From Octopus bimaculoides (Eukaryota): DNA of 32,562 bases. The notes under the pieces were generated by a model. The model had not been told where the DNA came from. It worked only from the letters and a program-made list of their open reading frames with translations, and searched no databases. Position numbers and translations under genes: made by a program. The number at the start of each line of letters is the position of its first letter. Position 1 is the first letter of the stretch. Below, in pieces: positions 1 to 11,348 of the stretch. The stretch spans positions 113,264,665 through 113,297,226 of the forward strand of contig NC_068981.1 in assembly GCF_001194135.2 (NCBI RefSeq), in the 5' to 3' direction.

Positions 1-505
1 GGCTATTTTTGTTGTTGTTATCATGGTGAAGGACGGAGTTCGAAATAAGTTACAATTCCCGCCAATTAGAATGAGGTATGTATATGAAAATGAAACCATT
101 AAAGTGAAAGTATCTGTCATTACAGTATCGAAATGTGATTGTTTCAGTTTTGATACTGAAATAGTTTTCTTTTACTGTCAGTGTTTCTCCTTCCTTTCTT
201 TTTGTATTTGTTGTTGGATCGTTTGTAAAGGTTCATAAGAGAAAGTAGGAGTTGAAACAATTTGTAAAGGTAGTAGAAAGAGGAAATTAGATTCTATTAG
301 GGGGAAAATGTTATTTTGTGTAGTTTTATGGATTTTATTCGTTATTAGGTGTTATTTTTATGGAAAAAATGACGCTGTGACCTACATTATGGTATTTAGA
401 ATATTAATTCCGATTCTTTAATGCAAGAAATTTGGAATTGTATAAATGTATGAATTTTCAACATACACACACACACAGAGAAAAACCTACCTTTTATAGA
501 TAAGA
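1..505 (-). mobile_element. Probable Helitron 5'-terminal region running off the left edge
   Basis: The minus strand from 505 reads TCTTATCTATAAAAGG...(TG)n TATG, a TC start plus ATAAAA and (TG)n layout like the one at 6012 onward. No coding homology is seen, so this rests on architecture only. Confidence 0.3.
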
Positions 506-804
506 CTAGAATGACTTGTCATTTATTGATGTAAGTTATATTTTAGATTCAATGAATCAAAGGATATTGTAATGGATCATAGGATCTATGTAATTCATTG
601 ATTTTCTTTAAAGTATTATATTTATAGGTAAGAATTGTTTCTTTGTTGAATTTCTGTTCCAACCATTACTGAACCCATATCATTAGATACTTGGTCATTG
701 TACCTTTGTGCATGCTCACCAGCTGGTCTCTATCTGCACAAATTGACAATTTAAGATTAGGTTTGTTAACCAAAGATGCCATAGTTTTAATTTGTCTAAT
801 ATTA

Positions 805-1610
805 AGCTCATTATTTTCCAAAAGTATCTCTTGAATATCTCTTGTAATGTGTAACTTTGTTGCAGGAAATCTACTATTTCTGATGTTAATTTGGTCATTC
901 AAATCATCAATAAAATTAACTTGTGCATATTTAGGAATATTTTCATCTGTATTATAAAATGAACTTATTCTATGGTAAATTTGACTTTGTATTTTGAAAA
1001 CTGGCATGAATCCCACTAGAGATATTGATTCACCAATCTAAAGGATATCATTGAAAACAATTCATTATATTTTTTTAATAACTTTTAAAAAGTTTTTGGA
1101 ATCCCAATTTTCCCCCAAGCATTAATTCATTTAAAGGTTCAGGTTATCTTTCAATCAAATTTAATCTAACTTTACCATTTGAACAACATAATCCTTTAGG
1201 TTNNNNNNNNNNAGCTCATTATTTTCCAAAAGTATCTCTTGAATATCTCTTGTAATGTGTAACTTTGTTGCAGGAAATCTACTATTTCTGATGTTAATTT
1301 GGTCATTCAAATCATCAATAAAATTAACTTGTGCATATTTAGGAATATTTTCATCTGTATTATAAAATGAACTTATTCTATGGTAAATTTGACTTTGTAT
1401 TTTGAAAACTGGCATGAATCCCACTAGAGATATTGATTCACCAATCTAAAGGATATCATTGAAAACAATTCATTATATTTTTTTAATAACTTTTAAAAAG
1501 TTTTTGGAATCCCAATTTTCCCCCAAGCATTAATTCATTTAAAGGTTCAGGTTATCTTTCAATCAAATTTAATCTAACTTTACCATTTGAACAACATAAT
1601 CCTTTAGGTT
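805..1610. repeat. Identical 398-bp direct duplication flanking a 10-N gap (likely unmerged contig overlap)
   Basis: 805-1202 and 1213-1610 read the same (agctcattattttcc...cctttaggtt) and are separated only by N1203-1212. The ORF track gives the same peptide twice. Confidence 0.88.
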
Positions 1611-1951
1611 CATCCTGAAATAGTTTTGCACACCAATGCTTACAAACTACTGACATTGTTCCTAAATTTGATAGATTATCATAATTTTTAGTTGGATCAT
1701 AATCGAATGTTGCATTTGTAAATGATTTAACAGGAGTACATTGTTCAGCATATCTTGATCTTTGCCCCATAGTCTGAAAATTTCTTGTCACAATGTGCAA
1801 AATTCCAATTTCCTCTCTTATTTCTTGTGTTGAATTTTCTTTCAACACTTGGTGGGCTAATCTGTTTTCTTCTCTAATTTCATTCCTTCTTTGAAGTGAG
1901 AGTCTTTCCTGTCTTCGTCTTTGATACTCTCGATTTCTTGCTCTTTGAATT

Positions 1952-3082
1952 TATAATGGGCATTGAAGGCTTAGATACCTGTGGAGTATCTCTTTCTCCC
2001 ATTATAATTGCTTTGTAGTTTCAAGGAGCTGAAATAGGTCGCTGATTTGTGATGTCCATGCAAAGCAAGGTGATAAGAATGGCTCCTTAAGAATGGCTCC
2101 TTAGTACATCTCATGGTCGATACAATAAATATAAATAGAACAATGCATATATGTGCCAGAGGGAAATAAGAGACACAACTAGATAGAATGTTTAAGAGAA
2201 GATTTATTGATATGTTAACATGTGTGATTGTGTGTGCGTCATATATACAGAATAATAGACAGGCCATCATAAGAATAAGATTTATGTGTAGGCATAGATG
2301 TATGTGTGTTAAGAACATACAAGGATGGCGACGAAGAAGAAACAGTGAAAGAATCTATAGCCATCAAAGTGAGGAGTAAGTTCATAGACACAAAAATGAT
2401 AAACACCAGTTCGTAGTCAATTGTACACAGTAGTTGAAATAATGTATCAAGAAGTTGCAGCGATGATGCAGAGCCAGTTGCGGTACATGTCATACATGAA
2501 GTTGTGGCTGTGATGCTGCTACCTGGGTCACTTGGTACAGGAGTTCTCGCAGGTTGTATATTCACTGTTGATCCATGGTGAAGTAGTTCATGAACAGTGC
2601 AGTGTTGTAACCTGGGTGAGTTGCTTGTTGAGATGTGTACGTAGAGAGATGTTGACGTTAGGATGAATGGTGGTGGTGGAGATGGAGGTTGCTGAATGCT
2701 GTTGGACGAAGTTGATGAGTCTCCACATGGCTGCTGTTGTGTTGTCACTAGAACCGGTGGTGTCTTGTGTGGCCAGTGGCCAGACCTTAAAAGGTCTGGA
2801 ACTGAATGACATCAAGACGAGGAAAAGTTAGGATTTTTATAAGGAGTTGTAGGCTCAGCCGAGGTAGGAAAACAGTTTGTGACCTTATTTGAAGGCTGCG
2901 ATTGGTTGGGTTGCATATTGGCATGCAATAGGGCAAGAGACAAATTGTGCCAATACCAACCAATCAGAGTATTGGAAACAAAAGGGTCCAAAATGCGGCC
3001 AAAGGCTAGCTGTTATCTACTACGTTCATATGTATGTATATATAATAGAGAGGAGAGGAATTTCACTCAAGTGTACACTACA
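1952..3082 (-). mobile_element. Solo-LTR-like insertion (about 1.13 kb) inside the Helitron ORF
   Basis: Removing it restores continuity with the sister Helitron repeat at 3382-3460. Flanked by AATT (1948-1951 / 3083-3086), or AATTT if the boundary shifts 1 bp. The right end reads TGTAGT on the minus strand; the left end TATAAT may be a mutated TGTAAT. The minus strand carries CCAAT boxes, TATAAAA (2841-2835) and AATAAA (2208-2203). Confidence 0.62.
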
Positions 3083-4151
3083 AATTTCTCTCTTGTTTTC
3101 ACTCATTTCATTTCCCTTTTGGCATTTTCTTGCTGAGGCATTTAAAATTTTCCTTGTATTGTTATTTATTACACTTCCATTATTGTTTTTGTTTAAGTTA
3201 TTAGTTGCATCATTTAAGTTTTGGTCAGTTCTTACTTGAGTAATAATTTCTTGCACCTCTATAGGCTGAGAATTTCTTGCCAGAATGTGGGAAATTCATA
3301 TTTCCTCTCTTATTATTTCTAGTGTCAAATTTTCTCTCAACACTTGGTGTTGAGAGGACAACACTGTGTTCTTCTTTTAATTGAGAGTCTTTCCTGTCTT
3401 CGTCTTTGATACTCTTGATTTCTTGCTCTCTGAATTTCTCCCTCTTCTTTACTCATTTCATTTCTTTTTTGGCATTTTCTTGCTGAGGCATTTAAAATTT
3501 TCCTTGTATCATTATTGCTTACACTTATATTATTGTTGTTTAAATTATTAGTTGCATTATTTAAGTTTTGGTCGGTTATCATTTTTATGAGTTGTATTAA
3601 CATTGATAACATAATTTTCTGAAACAACACAATTGTTAAATGAATTTGTATCATTTGCTTCCATGGCAATCATTATATATATAACATTTAAGTTATTGCT
3701 GTTGATAATGTGATTTTCTGAAGTGAGACTATTATTAAATGAAGCTATCATCTGCTCACAGGAGAGATTTGGCTGCTATTTCTAGCACATGCAGCTTAAA
3801 CTTCAGATGGATTCTTCGTGAAGAGAATGGTAACTGACAATGGGAACACTGAAGGGTGTAACAAAGAATTTAGAAATGTACTTCACCTTAATGTTGACTT
3901 TAGACATCGTATTTGGGAAGAGCTCGAAGATTAATAATTATCAAGCAAAAGTGAGATGATTCTAAAGCTATCAACTGCTCACGATTTGTAAATGTTGTTT
4001 GTCAAATACATGTGTATGCATGTCTGTGAGTGTATGTGAGAGAGAAAGAGAAACACGTATGTATATATGCATATATATATTCATGTGTATATAGAAATAT
4101 ATATATATATATATACACAGGTATATACACACAAACACATATATATATATA

Positions 4152-4902
4152 TACGAACAGCCATGCTACATGGCAGTGAAACATGGGCTGTAACTGCTGA
4201 GGACATACGTAAGCTCGCAAGGAATGAAGCCAGTATGCTCCGTTGGATGTGTAATGTCAATGTGAATACCCACCAGAGTGTAAGTATCTTGAGAGAAAAG
4301 CTGAACATTAGAAGCATCAGTTGTGGTGTGCAAGAGAGACGATTGCGCTGGTATGGACATGTGGGGAGAATGGATGAGGATAGCTGCGTGAAAAAGTGCC
4401 ACACCCTAACAATTGAGGGAACCCGTGGAAGAGGTAGGCCCAGGAAGNNNNNNNNNNNNNNNNNNNNNNNNNNNNNNNNNNNNNNNNNNNNNNNNNNNNN
4501 NNNNNNNNNNNNNNNNNNNNNNNNNNNNNNNNNNNNNNNNNNNNNNNNNNNNNNNGAAACCTTTGGAAATGTGCTGTGCGTGAGAAGACCCGGCAAGCCA
4601 AGTAAGATCGTTGCCAGTGCCCCTGGACTGTCTTGTGCAGGTGGCACATAAAAGACACCATTTTGAGTGTGACCGTTGCCAGGATCGCCTGACTGGCCTT
4701 CGTGCAGGTGACACGTAAAAGCACCTACTACATTCTCTGAGTGGTTGGCGTTAGGAAGGGCATCCAGCTGTAGAAACTCTGCCAAATTTAGAATGGAGCC
4801 TGGTGTTGCCATCCGGTTTCACCAGTCCCCAGTCAAGTCGTCCAACCCATGCTAGCATGGAAAGCGGACGTTAAACGATGATGATGATGATGATGATGAT
4901 GA
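4152..4902 (+). mobile_element. 5'-truncated RTE-clade LINE (ORF C-terminus, 3' UTR and (GAT)n tail)
   Basis: Translates RTAMLHGSETWAVT...LRWMCNV...RRLRWYGHVGRM...GRGRPRK, a typical RTE C-terminus. Homologous to 23420-24409. Ends in (GAT)8 at 4877-4900, preceded by a (TA)/(CA) tract. Contains a 108-N gap (4448-4555). Confidence 0.9.
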
Positions 4903-5984
4903 AATGTACATTTATGTATAATATATACATATATACACATACAACTATCATTTGCTCACAATTTGTGAAATAATACTTCAGTTATTTCTGGTTAATCTCA
5001 CATGGCTATGTGGAGACACACAAACACACAGTCTCATACAGTTATGTACACATACAAATATTTAAACACACTGCCTCATAAAGTTACACGTATGCATGCA
5101 TACACGCACACACAGATATCAGCAAACAATTAGCATCATATTTTTCATTTACTTATTTTTATTGGAATGCTAACGTCTAGGGAAGAAGAGGGTATGGCGA
5201 GTGAGTAAATCGGACTAACATCATCAAAGAAGAGGAGGGTATACTGAAGAAGTAAGTCGACTGACGTCTGTCAGTCTGCAAAATTAATTTTATTTATGTA
5301 GACATACACAAACATCAAGATAAAGAATACTGGTGGAACATTTATAGCAAAACTTCTGCCAAATGTAAACATAACAGGCCAGATATTGTTGTTTAGGACA
5401 GACAAGAAAATGTCTTTTCTTATAATTTTCTCCTCGAAATTCCGTGCCTCCAACATAAATAGACTACTCTCAATTCACCTAGGATTTGGCTTGAGCCAGC
5501 AAAAAACATGTATGACACACACCCAGCTGGAAAAAATCAATACTTTACTTTGTCAGCTGTGGTGAGCTCTTCTTGACTGCTTGCACAATACTGCCAGCAG
5601 TATTCATTTGCGAGTTACGATTTGCCTCTGTTTTCATAAGAGCGCTCTTTTTCATATAATTATTCCAATTTAAACTAGCCACTTCAAAGCTCTTACCCAA
5701 AATTAAAAATCCTTAATTCAGTCTTTCCTTCTGTTAAACAGCACATGTCAGCAGTTATGTGGTTAGGAAAATAAACTCAATTACTGCCGGTCTTTTTACA
5801 GATCGACCTACTATCCCAATGGAAAACAACGACAATGGTGTGGGTGTATGACTCTGCATGTTCACTATTACACTTAATAAATCAAGCAATGCAGGGAACA
5901 TCTGCCATTTTGATTTCTTTCATTCAGTTCAGAGGTGCATCCGTGAATGGTCTAATAACCAAACAGGCATACTTAACAACCAGC

Positions 5985-6011
5985 CCTGGCAACGCCAGGT
6001 ACACCTGCTAG
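5985..6011 (+). mobile_element. Helitron 3' terminus (hairpin plus CTAG)
   Basis: CCTGGC-AAC-GCCAGG stem-loop (5985-5999), 8-nt spacer, CTAG at 6008-6011 followed by T. This is the canonical Helitron end. The 5' end of this element was not located. Confidence 0.75.
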
Positions 6012-6194
6012 TATAATAAAACAAAGGATGTCTGTGTGTGTAATATGTATGCATCTCTACTGTTTTCAACCAATTTTCACCAAACTTTACACACACATTA
6101 GCATGCTCTATAACATTTTGACCAAAGCTCCTGCATAATGCAAGAAACCAACCGTAAAAAAAACCTTTGACTTCTTCAGTTTTCATCTGATTCT

Positions 6195-6225
<31 letters not shown>

Positions 6226-6337
6226 GTTTATTTATCTTTTCTCTTTCCTTTTTTCAATTTCAACATCTGTCACTGTTCCTCTCTTTAATTCCATGTCTGT
6301 TTCTTTCACTCACTCTCTCTCTTTCTCTATTTCTCTT

Positions 6338-6340
<3 letters not shown>

Positions 6341-6386
<46 letters not shown>
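6341..6386. repeat. (CT)23 microsatellite
   Basis: Perfect dinucleotide run, read directly. Confidence 0.95.
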
Positions 6387-6389
<3 letters not shown>

Positions 6390-7289
6390 GCTGACACACT
6401 CCCTCTTCTCTCTCTCTTTGTTTATCTATCTTTTCTCTTTTCTTTTTTTTTACAATCTTAACATCTGTCACTGTTCTTCTCTTTAATTTCATCTCGCTCT
6501 CTCTCTCTCAAAATGACACACAATAACTTCTTTTGACTACAAATGGACTTCTGTGTCTTTCAAATAGTATTATGTTAAAATCTGTATCGCTAGCGTTTCT
6601 GTGCATTCCAAATTAAATATAAATTAGTTACTTCTCATTTTTTTATTAATCCAGTGTGTTTACATTTGCTATATCTGCCTAGAAATTGGCTTCAGTTTAT
6701 ATTCAGTTTTGCAAAAACTGCCTGAAGATAAAGTTCAATGTATTTCAACTTTGTCATCTGTGAATATCTTTGTCTTTGCTCTCATTTTCCAATAGATTCT
6801 CTCCCTTTGTCTTCTGAAGTTTTCATCCAATTCTCTCCCTCTTCTCTCAATGGTTATTTATCTGTTCTCTGTCCTTCTCTCCACTCTGACCATCTGTCAC
6901 TGTTTCTCTCTTTATTTCTATGTCTGTTTCTTTCACTATTTTTCTCCTGTCTCTCTTTCTATCTGTAACTCACACAAAACAACTTCTGTATAAAAATTGT
7001 CTTGTGTCTTTCACATAGCCTTACATTTATATCTGTGTCATTGCAGTTTTTTTTACATTATGACTGAAAAATTACTTAGTTATTTCTCATTTTTATTACG
7101 TTGTGTCTAAATTCAGTTTTGTAACTTCTACCTAAAAAATTGACTTCAATTACAATTCAGTTTCAACAGCCTGACATTTGAGTTCAATTTATTTACACTA
7201 TCTGTAGTTTCCACCCACAAGATTACTTTCTTCATTTTAAACATTGCCACATCTGGATTTCATACTTGAAGCTTCAAACCTCTTAGACA

Positions 7290-9270
7290 ATGCCACCTAA
7301 GAAAAGTGCCTATATTGGTTACAAAACTGCTGCAGCAGAGACACTGAAGAGGAGAGCAAATGAATTCTCAGACAAAATTGCATGAAGACATTCACAAAAT
7401 GCTGCTTGCACAGCCAATGCCAGAGCCATGGAAAGTAAAGAACATGCTAACCTGAATCAGCCACAGCGCATTATTCATGGCTAGAATCTTTTGGTTAGAG
7501 TTGATTCAACTGATGGACCTCATCATAAAAGGTCAGGTATTTGGACATGTGAAATGTGGAATGGCAAAAAAGAGGCCTAATTCATGCTCATAACCTGATT
7601 TGGTTGTTGACCAAGATCTACTCCAACAACATCTATATTATCTCTGCCAAGCTACCAGATACATCCACTGATAGGGAACTATATGCCATAGTGAAGTCAA
7701 ACATGGTGCATGGTCCATGTGGACATGACTTCAATTTATACTCACCCTATTTAAAAGACAATGTGTGCACCAAAAACTTTCCCAGGTATTTTCTTCTGGA
7801 AACCCTGATGGGTCCTGATGGGTATCTATCATACAGGCAAAGAAACCATATGGTTGGATAGCATGAAGTTGATAACAGATGGATAGTTCCATACTGTCCA
7901 CTCCTACTCAGGACATTCAACATCCACATCAATGTTGACTTTTGTAGCTCTGTTAAATCCATCAAATACATGTGTAAATATGCGAACAAGGGTTCCAATG
8001 CTGCCATGTTTGGTTTTCACAAAGAAAACAACAGAGATGAGGTAGCTCAATACCAAGCGGGTCAATACCTCAGTAGCAACGTGGCCTTTTGGCGAATTTT
8101 CGGGTTTCCATTGCACCAAAGTCATTGAAAAGCTGACAGTGCACCTTGAAAATGGCCAAAGAGTGTATTTTACCAAGGCACAGGAACCAAATGAAACCAC
8201 TCTGACAGTGCTTTTTAAACTTTGCCAAATCAATGATTTTGCTCAAACATTGCTTTATCCACAGGTTCCATCCTACTACACATGGAACAAAAACAAGTGG
8301 GCACAAAGAAAGGTTGGTCAAGATGTTGATGGACATCCTGGGATAAAATTTGACAATTGCCTTGGCAGAGTTTACACGGTCCATCCTAGTCAATAGGAGT
8401 GTTTCTACTTCCATCTGCTACTGCATGAGATCAGAGGATCCACATGTTTCCATGACCTGAAAACATTTGATAGCAATGTATTTGGAACATACTCGGAGGC
8501 CTGCTTCAAGCACGGATTACTAGAAGACGGGGCACAGTGAGATGCAACACTGTCAGAAGCCACTGCATCAAAGTCCCCCAAAAGTCACAGGGCATTGTTT
8601 GCAATGATATTGCAAACATGTGAGTTATGTGATCCCAGATCTTTGTGGTTGAAGTACAGGGATGAACTCTCCAGAGATTGGAAACATCAAGCACAAATGC
8701 ATCCTGGGTCCTCATGCAGTGATGAAATCTACAATCTTGAGTTGATTGATATAGAGGACAAGTTTGTTTCAATGGATGGAAATGCTCTTCTCATATGCAG
8801 CTTGCCACAAACATTAAGGGAAGCATCGAATTCTCTTCCCACATACATTCTACAAGAAACATCCTACAACACTGAGGCTCTCACCAGATATGTCATTGAA
8901 ACAGAGCCTAAATTGCTTCCAGACCAGCAACACACATACCACATTATTATTGGCTGCGTGCTCCACTGGAGAGGAGACATATTTTTCCTGGATGCTTCAA
9001 GGGGGACAGGAAAAACATATGTGACAAAGCTTCTTCTAACCAAAGTTAGACAGTACAAGGGCATCACATTAGCTGTGGCATCCTCTGAGGTTATGGCAAC
9101 TTTACTGCCTGGTGGCAGGACATCACTCTCTACATTTAAGCTTCCTTTCAATATGACGAGTTCTGACACACTTACTTGCCACATCAGCAAGAGCTCGGAA
9201 AATGCAAAAGTTCTGAGAAGGTGTCAGCTCATTGTGTGAGATGAATGCACCATGGCACACAAAGGAGGTG
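7290..9270 (+). pseudogene. Helitron RepHel pseudogene (HUH Rep plus Pif1-like helicase N-terminal half)
   Basis: Start MPPKKSAYIG (ATG 7290); HUH motif VEWQKRGLIHAH; catalytic motif SVKSIKYMCKYANKG; VHLENGQRVYFT; LGRVYTVHP; degenerate Walker A FFLDASRGTGKT; AVASSEVMATLLPGGRT; Walker B LIV*DECTM. Multiple stops and frameshifts, and a large deletion before the HUH motif. Confidence 0.9.
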
Positions 9271-9319
9271 TGACCACCTGAAAGTAAAGGGAATTTCCAC
9301 TCCCAACGGAATAATGTCT

Positions 9320-10020
9320 GGAGAGGATGTTTTCATACCAAGGATCCCCATTATTATTATTTGATGATTTGTGGAACATAGTGAAAGGCCTGTTTTATGC
9401 ATGGGTTGCTACAAGATGGAACACAGTGGGATGCTATACTGGCAGAAGCCTCTGCATCAAAGTCCAAGCCTTGGGAGAGTTTACACAGTCCACTGCAGTC
9501 AACAGGAGTGTTTCTACCTCAGTCTTTCACTGCACGAGGTCCGAGGATCAACATATTTACATGAGCTGAAAAGCATTGATGGCAAGGTATGCTAAACATA
9601 CCAGGAGGCCTACTTCAACCATGGTTTGCTACAAGATGGGGTATGGTGTCATGCAATGCTGGAAGAGGTTGCTGCTTCAAAGTCCCCCAAAAGTCTCAGG
9701 GCATTATTTGCAGTGATATTGCAAACATGCATGTTATGAGATCACAGTTCTTTGTGGTTGAAGTACATGGAAGTTGAAATGGAGATGACCTCTTCATAAC
9801 AAGGATTTGCTTTATTTCATAAGGGGCGGAAATACCCTTCACTTTCAAGGCAGTTGCAATTACCCATTCATGTAAGTTTTGTGATGTCCAGCAACAAATC
9901 GCAGGGGAAAACACTCTCTGTGGCAGGACTTCACCTGGAGGAATTGTTAGCAGCACTGCAAAAGTTGGTAAATTTCTACAGTTTTGCATGTTCTTACCAA
10001 AACATTGAGTGTATTGCACA
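9320..10020 (+). pseudogene. Additional Helitron fragments: repeated Rep-helicase linker and helicase C-terminal motif
   Basis: 9470-9729 is a diverged copy of 8361-8620 (LGRVYTVH...ALFAVILQTC). 9854-9950 encodes QLPIHVSFVMSSNKSQGKTLSVAGLHLE (cf. recalled Pif1 FPVRLAFAMTINKSQGQTL). Confidence 0.82.
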
Positions 10021-11348
10021 CTTCAGAGGTTTTAAATTTCAATATTCTTCCCTTCTCATGTGTATTTTCATCAATTTCAATTCATTATGCACCCATATAT
10101 TTCAATTTTTCTAAGAAAAATCTGTATTTTTCTCATTTCTGTGGTTATGACAAATTTCAGAAATATGTTGAAGGTTTTTGTGATTTTTGATAGATTTTAT
10201 CATGGAATTACTTATGTTTTTCAAAAAAGCTTCAGCAGTGCTGGCTGTTAGACTATAAAATAAATGTTCTTATAATGACAAAGCGTTCACACCCCAAGCA
10301 ATGCCAGGTACCTCTGCTAGTCATAAATACAATCTGTTAGTGGGACTGTAAAAATATGCAAAATTTTTCTCAAGTTCAAGATGTTATCTATATTCCAATG
10401 ATGGGGCTTATATCTTTGTTAGAAACTAGCCTCTTCCTCAGCAGAAGAATTCAAAGAATGAGAGAGAGACTTTTTCATTGATATTCATTTGTCATGCAAT
10501 AAATAGTATTTTGTTTGACATTACATACCAATAGTCTCTGGCACATAAAAACATCACCAAAAGTGAAGTTTTTCTTCAAGAACAGAAGCATCTTGTCATG
10601 TCATTCTCTTTTTCTTTCCTTCTAGTGTATCTCACTCATGATTCAGTTATCTTTCCAAACTGTACTTTTATATCTTAACAACCTGTGTACTGTAAAGTAA
10701 AAATTAAAAGCACATATTCTTAAGCAGGTTAAACCACCTAACATTCCTCCATTGCTATATGAAGTACAGTGGGTTCATATATAACTTTGACAGCTTCTGA
10801 TCTGTAAGAATGGCTTCCCCACCACCAACAATAAACAAATCTCATATCTATCTTATAAGGGTAATTGGGTAACTTTGTCTTATTCAAAGAGTACATCTTA
10901 CACAATTGGGATACTGCAGCCACCATGCACGTACATGGCATAGACCTACATCAGAACAATATGCAATTTGTTTGGTTTGCAAACTTTTATCTCTTAACAA
11001 CAGTTGAACTGGCTCCTTCTTCTGTCTCTCTTACTGATAATTCTATGTTCTCTGTTCTTAAAACAAGTTGCATACTGACTTCACAATACCTTATTTCATG
11101 CAATCACTTTCTTCTCCTCACTTCTAAGGTCTTCATTGCTGCTTGACCTACAAGAATTAACAGCCAACTATCTTTCAAATCATAGTATAGGACATTTTGG
11201 GGGATGTAATTCCGAAAAGAAGACAGAATGGTCACAGCTTTGGCATCCTTGCTTCATCAGTGCTGACCTGCGATTGAACAACAACAATTTCATTTTGTTT
11301 AATTTGGTTCTTTTGAATATTTGGAGTCTTATGTGTTTTTTTTTTAAG

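Larger units (their letters stand above)
600..3750 (-). mobile_element. Decayed Helitron (RepHel N-terminal half), interrupted by an LTR-like insertion
   Basis: Minus-strand fragments: charged/Asn-rich N-terminal repeats (3026-3669); Zn-finger YDP...GTMSVVCKHWCAKLFQDEPKGLCCSNGKV (1552-1848); PEPL and FKIQSQIYHRISS...PKYAQV (666-1016, 1161-1424). These match the recalled Helitron motifs CxxC...CCxxGKV and FKIQGQIYHRIGS. Many stops and frameshifts. Confidence 0.82.
6012..10320 (+). mobile_element. Decayed composite Helitron
   Basis: A 5' region with (TG)n, (CT)n and diverged internal duplications (about 6458-6750 vs 6890-7200), then RepHel fragments at 7290-10020. The 3' end is a degenerate hairpin cccaagcaatgccagg + tacctctg + CTAG|T at 10317-10321, related to the end at 5985-6011. 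The exact 5' boundary is uncertain. Confidence 0.82.

Noticed and set aside
510-523. AATGAC/GTCATT hairpin next to CTAG as a Helitron 3' end
   Set aside because: The stem is AT-rich with a 2-nt loop and no spacer before CTAG, unlike the GC-rich ends at 5985 and 10293.
2239-2748. 169-aa minus-strand ORF as a captured or novel gene
   Set aside because: It starts at GTG, is low-complexity (S/T/P/Q), has no recognisable motif and lies inside the LTR-like insert.
1-11348. Preceding dynein exon (expected to end in something like ...RLENGLxKLxxTxxQ)
   Set aside because: I found no such peptide by eye in the + frames, so it is presumably left of the window. The exon following 30469 was likewise not found in 30470-32562.
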